Virus record (IMG/VR): IMGVR_UViG_3300038829_000263
Location: 6,111 to 70,110 of that record
Origin: a virus
Reading direction: 5' to 3' (one strand)
Length of the DNA: 64,000 nucleotides
Below are positions 1 to 8,295 of the stretch, in pieces. The position numbers and the translations under genes are program-made. The notes beneath the pieces are model-generated. The model saw only the letters and a list, made by a program, of their open reading frames with translations, searched no databases and was not told where the DNA came from. The number at the start of each line of letters is the position of its first letter. The stretch's first letter is position 1.

Positions 1-157
1 CGCGAGGACTGGATAGCGTTTCAGGCGGCCACGGCGCGTGCGTTGATGCGCATGGCAGACGCGCTCCGTTCCGGTGACGTGGACGCGGCCCTTGCACAGG
101 CGGAGCTCCTGTGATGTCGGTGGTGCGACCTATCGTCATGGGCGAGGAGAACGCCCC

Positions 158-1153
158 ATGACCAGTGCAGTCATGCTCCCCACGATGCCGGAAGTGCACG
201 TGGTGCATGCCTACCCCCAGGCCCTCGGCCTCAACCGCCGCGTGCGAGCCTGGCTCGACCTGCGCGCCGAACGGCCGCGGGACCCGGGTATCCACCCCTC
301 GGACATCTCCCGGCTCTGTCCCGTGCTCGAGTACTACATCGAGCAGGCCAACCTTGACCTGTGCTCCGGGAACCCGACCCGGATCGAGAAGGGCATCGCC
401 TTCCGGCGCGCGGTGCTCGAGGCCCGGCGCTTCGATGCCAACCTCAAGATGGAGTTCCGGGTCGGCGACGCGATCCACGCCGACGCGCAGTTCTACCTGG
501 GCGCCCTGGGCTACCTGTGGGGCGTCTGGGAGTGCCCGCACTGCGGGGACGCGACCCCCGAGGGCTTCATGCCCCGGACCCTCCTGCGCGACCGCGACGG
601 GCAGTGGATGCACGACGCGGCGCCCTGCCGCGCCTGCGGAGGCCGGAACTACCGGCACGACAACAACTGGCTCTACCGCGAGCCCTCGGTCGGCGACACG
701 GAGCTCGCGCGCCAGTACGGCTACAAGGGCCACATGGACGGCGACCTCCGCTTCCATCAGGACGGCAACTGGTACCGGTACGTCGTCGAGGTCAAGAGCA
801 TCAACGAGGCCGGCTACAGCGGCAAGCGGGGCGACCCCCTGCCCAAGCCCGAGCACGTCGAGCAGGCGTCGCTCTACGGCTACCTCAAGGGCATCTCGCA
901 CATCCTGTTCATCTACGTCAACAAGAACCAGGTCAGCGAGTGGCGCGAGATCATCGTGCCCGTGGACATGGCGGCGGTGGGGCGGGCCCAGGCGAAGGCC
1001 GAGGCGATCATCGCCTCGCGCGAGACCGGCGCCCCGCCCCTCCAGGCCCGCCTGTGCCTGGACCCACGCGAGGAGCGGGCGCGGTCCTGCCCGGCGCAGC
1101 AGGCGTGCTGGGGCTGCGTCCCCACCGGGTTCTCGGTCGGCCGCGGGAGGTAG
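158..1153 (+). CDS. Cas4-like PD-(D/E)XK exonuclease with Fe-S cluster Cys pattern and inserted Zn ribbon
   Basis: HPSDISRLCP (first Cys), GHMDG...VVEVKS...QASLY nuclease motifs, C-terminal C..C..C; internal CPHC/CRAC; ATG 158 after GAGGAG. Confidence 0.75.
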   Translation: MTSAVMLPTMPEVHVVHAYPQALGLNRRVRAWLDLRAERPRDPGIHPSDISRLCPVLEYYIEQANLDLCSGNPTRIEKGIAFRRAVLEARRFDANLKMEFRVGDAIHADAQFYLGALGYLWGVWECPHCGDATPEGFMPRTLLRDRDGQWMHDAAPCRACGGRNYRHDNNWLYREPSVGDTELARQYGYKGHMDGDLRFHQDGNWYRYVVEVKSINEAGYSGKRGDPLPKPEHVEQASLYGYLKGISHILFIYVNKNQVSEWREIIVPVDMAAVGRAQAKAEAIIASRETGAPPLQARLCLDPREERARSCPAQQACWGCVPTGFSVGRGR

Positions 1154-1156
1154 TAC

Positions 1157-1396
1157 GTGAAGAAGGGCGATGCGACAGACGTGGACGAGGCCCGCGTGCT
1201 CGAGGCCATCGCGGCGAAGGGCTTCCGCTCCTTCGATGACTACCTGGCCGCGCGCACGATCCGGGCCGACGGAACAACTTGGACACTGATCGAGATGGCG
1301 GACGAGCTAGGGATGCGCTCGGTCACGTTCATCGGCTACCATACTCGCTGGATCAAGCAGAAGGTCGCGGAGACCGAGGGATCCAGCGAGGGGTAG
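1157..1396 (+). CDS. small HTH-like protein
   Basis: TLIEMADELGMRSVTF resembles an HTH; in operon. Confidence 0.5.
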   Translation: MKKGDATDVDEARVLEAIAAKGFRSFDDYLAARTIRADGTTWTLIEMADELGMRSVTFIGYHTRWIKQKVAETEGSSEG

Positions 1397-1399
1397 GCC

Positions 1400-2350
1400 G
1401 TGACGGCGAAGAAGCAGCCCGCAGAGAACACCACGCCTCCAGGCATCCAGGCCCCCGACGGACGCTACCTGACCGCGTTCGCGCAGCGCCTCGCGCAGGC
1501 CGTGCTCGACAAGCACCGCCGCGACTACGAGATCGGCAAGCTCGTCGACGAGGCCGTGCGCGGCTACTACTGGCTGTTCTGGCCGCAGACCGAGGGCGGC
1601 CCCTACAAGACGATGCCGGAGTGGGCCTGGGCCGTCCTCCACTTCAAGCACAACAAGGCGTACAGCCTCCGCCAGATCTACCTCGCGCTCTCCGCCCTCC
1701 AGCCGTCGGAGCTGACGCTCGCGCGGTCCCTGCGGATCGGGTGGACGAAGCTGCTCCTCATCCTGCGCGTGGCCCGGACCGAGGACGCGCTCATCGCCTG
1801 GATCGACAGGATCGAGACGCACAGGCTGACCGAGCTGGACCTCCGCGTCGAGACGAAGATCGCGGCCGGCGAGGCGGATGAGGCCGAGGCCCCGGCGCTG
1901 GAGGAGCCCGCCGACCCGGTGCCCACGCCGAGGAGCAAGCACGGGATGAAGTCCCGCCGGCGCGCCCAGGACGAGGCAGCCGCCGCGGCGCTCGAGCATG
2001 CCCCCGAGGCCCCGCCGGAGCGGACCGACGGCCGGCCCCCGCTTTACGACACGCCGAAGGTCCGCCGCACGAAGTGGCCCCTCGTGTTCGAGGACGACGA
2101 GGCCCTGCGGATCTTCAAGGACGGGCTCAAGGTCATCGCGAAGCGCTACCCCGATGCCGGGCCCGGGCGCGCGGCGGCCCTCATGGCGACCCACTACATG
2201 GCCACGGCCGCCCGTGACGACGAGGGCGGCGCCGTCGTGGAGCTCGAAGTCGTGCTCCAGGCCCTGGAGAAGACCTACGGCGTCCGCCTCCAGGTGCTCG
2301 GGCCGGCCCCGAAGCGCCAACGCCGCGCCGAGGCCGCCCAGGACTTCTAG
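1400..2350 (+). CDS. hypothetical protein, possibly DNA-binding; C-terminal AAQDF tail
   Basis: Coupled ORF with GC3-biased codons. Confidence 0.6.
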   Translation: MTAKKQPAENTTPPGIQAPDGRYLTAFAQRLAQAVLDKHRRDYEIGKLVDEAVRGYYWLFWPQTEGGPYKTMPEWAWAVLHFKHNKAYSLRQIYLALSALQPSELTLARSLRIGWTKLLLILRVARTEDALIAWIDRIETHRLTELDLRVETKIAAGEADEAEAPALEEPADPVPTPRSKHGMKSRRRAQDEAAAAALEHAPEAPPERTDGRPPLYDTPKVRRTKWPLVFEDDEALRIFKDGLKVIAKRYPDAGPGRAAALMATHYMATAARDDEGGAVVELEVVLQALEKTYGVRLQVLGPAPKRQRRAEAAQDF

Positions 2351-2352
2351 CC

Positions 2353-2769
2353 GTGACGCCGCGCGAGCACGAGATCCTCGAGCGAGTGCTGCACGCCCCG
2401 GCGCTGCGTGCCTTCGCTGTCGTGCTCGCGTCCGAGGGGCTTGACGGGGCCCTGCACGCGTGCCGCGTCCGGCGGGTGTCTGCGGCTGTGGCGACGCGCC
2501 TGGCGGCCGGTTCCTGGACGGCCGAGCGGCATCTCCCGCCGGTCGAGTTCGTGGCCGACCTCGTGCTCGCCGCGCGCCTCCTGGCCACGGGCCCCCTGTC
2601 CCACCAGCTCGACGTGCGGGCGGCGGCGGACGAGCTCCAGCTACCCTTGTCCGAGGCCCGCAAGGCGCTCCAGACCTACGCGCGCTACGCGGCCTCGGCG
2701 CCGGCGTTGCCCCAGGAGCTGCAGGACATGCTCCCGCGGGTGCCCCGCATCCCCAAGGCGGTGATGTAG
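2353..2769 (+). CDS. hypothetical protein
   Basis: Coupled ORF. Confidence 0.6.
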   Translation: MTPREHEILERVLHAPALRAFAVVLASEGLDGALHACRVRRVSAAVATRLAAGSWTAERHLPPVEFVADLVLAARLLATGPLSHQLDVRAAADELQLPLSEARKALQTYARYAASAPALPQELQDMLPRVPRIPKAVM

Positions 2770-3257
2770 TGGCCACGGCACGAGAACTCCTCGACGCTCT
2801 GCGCGCCCGCGCGCGGAACTCGGCCGACCCTGGCAACTTCACGGTCGTGCTCCTCGTCGAGCGCGACCCGATCCTGACGCGGCTCATCGCGACCTGGCCG
2901 AACCTGCGCCTGCCTGCCGACCAGGACCCGAACGAGGTATGCCCACCCGAGACGCCCGAGGACCGCCGACTCCGCTGGCTCTGGTCGAGGATCCCCGGCG
3001 ACCCCTTCGGGGAGTGGCTGCGCCTGGCCGGCCTGCCTGACGCGGCCCACACGCGCCGTGCGTGCTGGATCGCGGCCGAGAACCGGATGGTGCTCCCCGA
3101 CGGCACCCTGGCCCCGGCGCTCCAGGGCCTCGTCCAGGCGCTCGTCACGCGCGCGGCGATCAGGCTCGGGGCGGCGCCGCCTCCCCCGCCCGAGCGGCGC
3201 CCAGCGCCTCCCCCGCCGGCGCCTGCACCGGCCGTCCCGGTCCAGGGCGCGCCGTGA
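2769..3257 (+). CDS. hypothetical protein, Pro-rich C-terminus
   Basis: GTG overlaps upstream TAG. Confidence 0.6.
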   Translation: MATARELLDALRARARNSADPGNFTVVLLVERDPILTRLIATWPNLRLPADQDPNEVCPPETPEDRRLRWLWSRIPGDPFGEWLRLAGLPDAAHTRRACWIAAENRMVLPDGTLAPALQGLVQALVTRAAIRLGAAPPPPPERRPAPPPPAPAPAVPVQGAP

Positions 3258-3628
3258 TCCTGCCGGGGAAGGCCCCGCACACGGGCCCCGACGGGATCGC
3301 CGTCGTGCGCCGCATGGCCCAGCGCTCGTGCGGGGTCGTGATCCCCGAGGTGATGGAGATGTTCAACATCTCCGACGACGCGGCCAGGAAGTTCGTCCTG
3401 CGCCTCGTGAAGCACGGCGTGCTCAAGCGCACGCGCGAGCGCCGACAGCGCCCGGATGCGGTCGCCTGGCCGCGCGGGGCGGGGGGCGTCGTGTATCGTG
3501 TTGGTAACAGCTACCGAATGGAGGGCGACGATGGGGCGGCTGGCGACGATGGCGAAGGCGGCGAAGGGGCTCAAGGGCCCGGTCCAGGTCACGTTCAGGG
3601 ACGGGACCTCGCGGACGTTCAAGGATGA
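3254..3628 (+). CDS. winged-HTH protein
   Basis: VIPEVMEMFNISDDAARKFVLRLVKHGVLKR is a wHTH pattern; 3' end overlaps the next gene out of frame. Confidence 0.6.
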   Translation: MILPGKAPHTGPDGIAVVRRMAQRSCGVVIPEVMEMFNISDDAARKFVLRLVKHGVLKRTRERRQRPDAVAWPRGAGGVVYRVGNSYRMEGDDGAAGDDGEGGEGAQGPGPGHVQGRDLADVQG

Positions 3629-3770
3629 GGTCGAGGCGGAGGCCGCCTGCAAGGGCCTCGCGCTCGAGCACAAGCGTGGGGCCTTCTTCGAGGCCGAGGG
3701 TGCGCTCCCCCCGCACGAGGACAAGCCCAGGCGGGGCAAGGACAAGGGAAAGTCCGAAGAGGGGGCTTGA
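3531..3770 (+). CDS. small basic hypothetical protein
   Basis: GGAGG SD upstream of ATG 3531. Confidence 0.55.
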   Translation: MGRLATMAKAAKGLKGPVQVTFRDGTSRTFKDEVEAEAACKGLALEHKRGAFFEAEGALPPHEDKPRRGKDKGKSEEGA

Positions 3771-3796
3771 CACCCGCGCCTCGCGCGCGATAGAAC
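3767..3796 (+). promoter_or_regulatory. sigma70-type promoter upstream of structured non-coding region
   Basis: TTGACA 3767-3772, 18 nt, TAGAAC 3791-3796. Confidence 0.55.
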
Positions 3797-3799
3797 CTG

Positions 3800-4200
3800 C
3801 CCCGCTGACGCGGTGGCCTGTCCGCCCCGGTTCACGCCGGAAGCGGGCCCCTGAACGGTGCCGAACGCCTCGTGCGGATGGTCCGGGCAGGGTCGGCCGG
3901 GCTAATACCCCGGTCGACGGGCTGACGTGGGACAGTCCTGTTCCTTCGGGGGCAGGGCCCGAGGACGCTCGGGCAGGTCGGCCAGGTGGCCGGCCGAGGG
4001 CGCAGGAGGTCCGGCCGGACCAAATGCGACCCGGGCCGGTGGACACGCTGACTCGCTGTGCGATAGGCCCCCCTGGGCGCCGACTCGACGCAGCCGACGA
4101 ACAACCTCGGGGAGACTTGGGGCCGAGCCGTCAGGGAAACCTGACGGCTCTCGTCGTTTCTGGACATCGCCTCCCGCGCCAGTTCCGTTGCTCCCCCAGG
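3800..4200 (+). ncRNA. candidate large structured ncRNA, family unknown
   Basis: No credible CDS; many nested stems including a c(UUCG)g hairpin 3937-3956 and a perfect 11-bp GAAA hairpin 4125-4150. Confidence 0.6.
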
Positions 4201-4238
4201 CAGATGCGCCTGCTGTAGGGGCACGCCCATGGCTTCCC

Positions 4239-4297
4239 CTTGCGCAAGGTAGCACGGGCGGCTAATATCGCCCTTGCCCGCCAGGAGCGGGAAGGAG
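4239..4297 (+). promoter_or_regulatory. repeated promoter-hairpin-SD cassette, copy 1
   Basis: CTTGCGCAAG palindrome; TTGCGC-N17-TAATAT; hairpin CCCGC/GCGGG; AAGGAG. Confidence 0.85.
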
Positions 4298-4304
4298 CGA
4301 CCGA

Positions 4305-4538
4305 ATGGCCCGGACCGACTGGAGCGAGCAGCAGGCGAAGGACGCGGTCAAGCGGGCCCAGGCGCGGGCGGGCAAGGGCTGGACCCTCCTCGGCCCCGAC
4401 CTCCAGAGCGCGCTCGTTTGCCGCGAGCTGATGTCGGTCGTCCTCGGGCAGGCCGAGGAGACGATGGTCAAGAACCCGGCCCTCGCGCACATCGCCGACG
4501 CGGCCCGCGCGGCCTTCGACATCCTCGGGGGCGAGTAG
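4305..4538 (+). CDS. hypothetical protein
   Basis: First gene after cassette. Confidence 0.7.
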   Translation: MARTDWSEQQAKDAVKRAQARAGKGWTLLGPDLQSALVCRELMSVVLGQAEETMVKNPALAHIADAARAAFDILGGE

Positions 4539-4540
4539 CC

Positions 4541-4822
4541 GTGGCGCGCCGGGTGGCCCGCGGTGCGGCCCTTCGCGCTCAGGTCAATATCGACGGACGG
4601 CCGCGGGACGTCTGGGTGCGCGCCCTGGAGGCGCAGCGCCAGGTCGACCACTTGCTCCTGTTCGACTGCGTCGTGCTGGCGACGGAGGCCGGCCGCGAGC
4701 GCACGATCGAGGCTGGCCTGGGCGACGGCCCCGAGGCGCGCGCCTTCTGCGTCTGGAACACCTACTCCGGTCGCTGGGATCTGGAGATCCGTGTCACCCC
4801 AACCGTCAACGAGGAGAAGTAG
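4541..4822 (+). CDS. hypothetical protein
   Basis: Coupled ORF. Confidence 0.6.
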   Translation: MARRVARGAALRAQVNIDGRPRDVWVRALEAQRQVDHLLLFDCVVLATEAGRERTIEAGLGDGPEARAFCVWNTYSGRWDLEIRVTPTVNEEK

Positions 4823-4824
4823 TC

Positions 4825-5661
4825 ATGGTCCAGGTCATCGAGAAGGGCGCCGAGGCGCGCCTGTTCGTCCACTGCGGCGCTCGCGAGGTCAGCCGCCAGG
4901 AGCTGACCGGCATCCCGACCCCGAAGCCGTCGGGGCGCTGGCACAAGCCCGTCCCGCACATCGAGCTCGTGCAGGCGATCGAGGCCGCCCTGCGCGAGCA
5001 GCAGCTCGACATCGTGGAGGAGCACCTGGCCGTCCAGGGGCAGGCGCGGACCTCGGCCGGGAAGTCGTTCGACGGCGCGGCGATGTTCGGGACCTGGCTC
5101 CTGCGGGCCCGCGGCGACCTGGCGGGCTTCATGCGCGCCGGCCAGTCCTTCGCCCTGGGCGCCCGCTCGGCCAACAACAACGCGTCGAAGGTCCAGACCG
5201 TGGCCGGGCTCAAGGTGTTCGTCTGCGACAACCTCGCCTTCAACGGCGACCTCATCACGATGCAGAAGAAGCACACGCTCAACCTGCGCCTCGAGCACGA
5301 GGTCAAGCAGGGCGTCCTCCGCTACTGCGAGCACATGGCCAAGTTCGTGACCGAGACCGACAAGGCGCGCGAGGTCGAGCTGACCGACGTGCGGGCGAAG
5401 GAACTGCTCTACGACGTGTTCGCGCAGGGCGTCCTCCCCTCCCGCTTCATCGGCGAGGTCCACGGGAACTACTTCGCGCCCCAGCCGGAGTGGACCGACG
5501 TCACGCAGCACCCGCGGACCCTCTGGGCGCTCCACAACTCGCTGACGCGGGTGATGCGCCCGGTGCCGAACGACGAGGGCCGGCTCGTCGAGCCCTTCAC
5601 CCCGGCGCAGAAGTTCAAGGCGACGGCGCGCCTGGGGAGGCTGCTGGCCCTTCTGAACTAG
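4825..5661 (+). CDS. DUF932/DUF945-family phage protein
   Basis: HKPVPHIEL...RSANNN...AGLKVFVCDNLAFNGD...KKHT signature. Confidence 0.8.
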   Translation: MVQVIEKGAEARLFVHCGAREVSRQELTGIPTPKPSGRWHKPVPHIELVQAIEAALREQQLDIVEEHLAVQGQARTSAGKSFDGAAMFGTWLLRARGDLAGFMRAGQSFALGARSANNNASKVQTVAGLKVFVCDNLAFNGDLITMQKKHTLNLRLEHEVKQGVLRYCEHMAKFVTETDKAREVELTDVRAKELLYDVFAQGVLPSRFIGEVHGNYFAPQPEWTDVTQHPRTLWALHNSLTRVMRPVPNDEGRLVEPFTPAQKFKATARLGRLLALLN

Positions 5662-5671
5662 GGAGCGCGAT

Positions 5672-5701
5672 GGCAGGGCCGCGGGGAAGCGCGGTCCTGC
5701 C
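5672..5701 (+). terminator. GC-rich terminator-like hairpin without U-tract
   Basis: GGCAGGGCCGCG-gggaag-CGCGGTCCTGCC, 12 bp. Confidence 0.5.
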
Positions 5702-5750
5702 TCCAGATAGGCAAGGATGACGCAAGTACTCCGGCGTAGGGGGCTTGCGA

Positions 5751-5801
5751 TTGCGGAACGAAACTCGATAGGCTAATATCCCGCGGGCCGGGGGACGGCC
5801 C
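5751..5801 (+). promoter_or_regulatory. variant promoter cassette lacking the palindrome
   Basis: TTGCGG-N17-TAATAT (GCTAATATC) followed by hairpin GGGCCG/CGGCCC. Confidence 0.7.
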
Positions 5802-5817
5802 ACCAAGGACGGTCACG

Positions 5818-6501
5818 GTGACGAAGAAGAAGGCGAAGGCGGCGAAGGGGAAGCGCGCCGCGAAGAAGCGCCCGAGCCGGTCGAAGCGGCCCGAGCGCAA
5901 CAAGGCGGTGGAGAAGAAGGCGACGACGAAGGCGGCGACGGAGCTCGACGGCGACGGCCGGGAGCGCCTGGTGGGGACGCTCGTGCGGGCGATGATCCGC
6001 ATGACCTCGCCCCTCCTGCGCGCCCACGCCGAGGCGATCGTGGACGGCCGCGGCTCCGGCAAGGCCGTGGGCGCGGCGGCCGCGACGCTCGAGGCGTTCA
6101 CGGTGGGCGGGAAGCTCATGCCCGCGCGCCCGGCCGCGCGCGCTGACCTGATCGAGGACGTGAGGGTGGCGGGCACGTGCTCGTTCACCGAGCCGGAGCT
6201 GGTCGCCCTGCGGAAGCGCAACGACGACGGCGTCTCCTGGTCGCAGCTCGCGGTGGAGCTGGGCGTCGACGTGACGACCCTGCACGCCCTGGCCTCGGGC
6301 AAGATCAAGGCCCGCGCCCCGCGCGAGCCGAAGGCGCCCAAGGTCGCGAAGAAGGCGAAGAAGGCGAAGGCCGAGGGCGGGAAGAAGCGCACGAGGAAGA
6401 AGGCGGCCGCCGCCCCGGCCGGCGAATGGCCAGCAGCCAGCAATGGCCACGCCCCGGCGCCTGCCCCGGCCCCCGCGGCCGCCGGCGTCTCGGACTTCTA
6501 G
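5818..6501 (+). CDS. Lys/Ala-rich (histone H1-like) protein with central XRE-like HTH; C-terminal VSDF
   Basis: KKKAKAAK tracts at both ends; VSWSQLAVELGVDVTTLHALASG. Confidence 0.65.
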   Translation: MTKKKAKAAKGKRAAKKRPSRSKRPERNKAVEKKATTKAATELDGDGRERLVGTLVRAMIRMTSPLLRAHAEAIVDGRGSGKAVGAAAATLEAFTVGGKLMPARPAARADLIEDVRVAGTCSFTEPELVALRKRNDDGVSWSQLAVELGVDVTTLHALASGKIKARAPREPKAPKVAKKAKKAKAEGGKKRTRKKAAAAPAGEWPAASNGHAPAPAPAPAAAGVSDF

Positions 6502-6506
6502 CATGC

Positions 6507-6547
6507 CGCGCGCAGAGCCCGGGGCCCTCCCTCGGGCTCTGCGCGCG
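6507..6547 (+). terminator. 18-bp terminator-like hairpin
   Basis: CGCGCGCAGAGCCCGGGG-ccctc-CCTCGGGCTCTGCGCGCG. Confidence 0.55.
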
Positions 6548-6564
6548 TTCGGAAAGAGGAGCGC

Positions 6565-7458
6565 ATGAGCTACCGGCCCATCTGTGACACCTGGATCCTG
6601 GCGCGGCCGAAGGTCCGCTACCACGGCGCCTACCCCTCGGGCTTCCTCTCGCGCGCCCGGGAGCTCCTGGGCGTCCACCCGCACGCGCCGGTCCTGCACG
6701 TGTGCGGCGGGAAGATCCGGGAGTACCCCTTCCGGGGCCTGGGCAAGAACGACAAGACGGTCGACTTGTCCCCAGACTGCAGGCCCGACTTCCTGATGGA
6801 CGTGCGGCGCCTGGGGGTTGGGGCAGGGGACTTGTTCCCAGAGGGCGTGCTCGCCGGCGCCCCGCTTAACCCGTGCCGGGTCGTCGAGCTGACGAAGGAA
6901 CTGCTCAAGCAGCGCGGCGCGCCCCCGGACAACCAGCTCTGGCCGGCGGCTCTGATCGACCGCCCCTACACGGAAGAGGACGCGGCCCACTACACCCCCG
7001 GCGCCGGGACCCTGCCCGAGGCCGGCGACCTCCTGCGCCGGGCCCTCTCGGTCGTCGTGCCCGGCGGGCGCGTCGGGATCCTGGACTACATCTGGCCCAG
7101 GCCGCCGAAGTGGGCGCGCCTCGTCGCCTGCGTCGGCGTCATCGTGGGCTACGCGAACCGCATGCGGGTCTACAGCGTGTTCGAGCGAATGCTGTCCGAA
7201 GCCGAGGTGGCCCAGGAGCCCGCGCCCGAGGGCCTTGACGAAGAACCCGTGTGCCTCGTTGACTCGGCGGCTATCACAACAGAGGACGCGTGGAGAACGG
7301 TCAAGGCATACGCGTCGCCCAGCCCTTCTGCAGGTGACGGCTACGATCCGGCCGTGCTCGACGACGTATCCGAGGAGGAGCGCAACGCCGTCTGCGCGGC
7401 GGCCGCGATCGACCCGGCCCTGGGCAAGGCACGCGGCGCGGCGGCCGAGGACTTCTAG
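6565..7458 (+). CDS. SAM-dependent amino-methyltransferase-like protein, atypical DRPY motif; C-terminal AAEDF
   Basis: YHGAYP, VLHVCGG (SAM-binding-like), TVDL..PDF, LIDRPY resembling DPPY. Confidence 0.55.
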   Translation: MSYRPICDTWILARPKVRYHGAYPSGFLSRARELLGVHPHAPVLHVCGGKIREYPFRGLGKNDKTVDLSPDCRPDFLMDVRRLGVGAGDLFPEGVLAGAPLNPCRVVELTKELLKQRGAPPDNQLWPAALIDRPYTEEDAAHYTPGAGTLPEAGDLLRRALSVVVPGGRVGILDYIWPRPPKWARLVACVGVIVGYANRMRVYSVFERMLSEAEVAQEPAPEGLDEEPVCLVDSAAITTEDAWRTVKAYASPSPSAGDGYDPAVLDDVSEEERNAVCAAAAIDPALGKARGAAAEDF

Positions 7459-7461
7459 CCC

Positions 7462-8295
7462 GTGGCCGACCTGGGGCGCCTCGTGGAGGAGTCCCTGCGC
7501 GTCCTGCGCGAGAGCCTGGACGCGGACGGGAACCTCCCCCCGCACCCGTGCAAGGGGTGCGGGGCGCCCCTGGGCGCGCCTGAGCGATGTTCGTCCTGCG
7601 GGTGGGTGGGCTCCTGGGACGGGGCCGTCTGCCCAGAGTGCGGGGAGAAGACGGCCGCCCGCGCCCAACCGGCCGAGCTGTACGGGGGCACCTACACGGG
7701 CCTGTGCCAGAGCTGCGTCAGCAAGGGCCCCTACCTCGACGAGACGCGCCCGGCGGAGCCCTCCGGCGCGCGCTGGTGGAGCCACCCGCCCCACTGCCCT
7801 TCCTGGCGCCGGGACCGCGAGTCGTTCCTCTACTTCGAGGGCGCGGACTGCTGCCGGTTCGGCCGCTTGAACGTGCCCCGCGCCGACACGCGCGGAGGCG
7901 ACTACGGCAAGCAGTGCGAGAAGTGCCGCGACCGGCACGAGCGCCACCCGGTAGTGCAGGAGACCTACAAGCAGGAGCACCTACTACGCGCGGCCCAGCT
8001 CGAGTGGCGCAAGCGCATGAGCGCGGAGTACGTGGCGCGCCTCTACGAGCACGGCTTCCTGCCCCCGGTCAGCGAAGCTGTTCACGCCGACTTCGCGGCT
8101 GGGGTGTTCCAGGACGGGCCCCCAGAGCCGACGCTGGCCCTGCCGCGCGTCGGCAAGTTCGCGAAGGAGTGGGCGCACGAAGGCCGCAACGGCGCGATCA
8201 TGCGCGGGGCGACGAAGGTCCCCCTACCCGACCCGGTCCGGGCCCGCGCGGCGGCGGCCCAGGCGAGGCTACGACACGCCGCGGAGGAGTTCTGA
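7462..8295 (+). CDS. multi-CxxC zinc-finger protein; C-terminal AAEEF
   Basis: CKGC, CSSC, CPEC, CQSC, CEKC. Confidence 0.6.
   Translation: MADLGRLVEESLRVLRESLDADGNLPPHPCKGCGAPLGAPERCSSCGWVGSWDGAVCPECGEKTAARAQPAELYGGTYTGLCQSCVSKGPYLDETRPAEPSGARWWSHPPHCPSWRRDRESFLYFEGADCCRFGRLNVPRADTRGGDYGKQCEKCRDRHERHPVVQETYKQEHLLRAAQLEWRKRMSAEYVARLYEHGFLPPVSEAVHADFAAGVFQDGPPEPTLALPRVGKFAKEWAHEGRNGAIMRGATKVPLPDPVRARAAAAQARLRHAAEEF

Noticed and set aside
3745-3756. GGGAAAGTCCG resembling the RNase P P4 motif
   Set aside because: It lies inside a coding sequence upstream of the putative promoter, and no matching 3' P4 strand (AGAAnnCGGCUUA) was found
3901-3908. GCTAATAC as another copy of the cassette -10 box
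   Set aside because: No -35 or palindrome upstream; it forms the loop of a 10-bp RNA hairpin instead
4125-4150. GAGCCG...GAAA...CGGCTC hairpin as group II intron domain V
   Set aside because: Too short, lacks the catalytic 2-nt bulge, no domain VI or RT ORF; kept only as part of the unknown ncRNA
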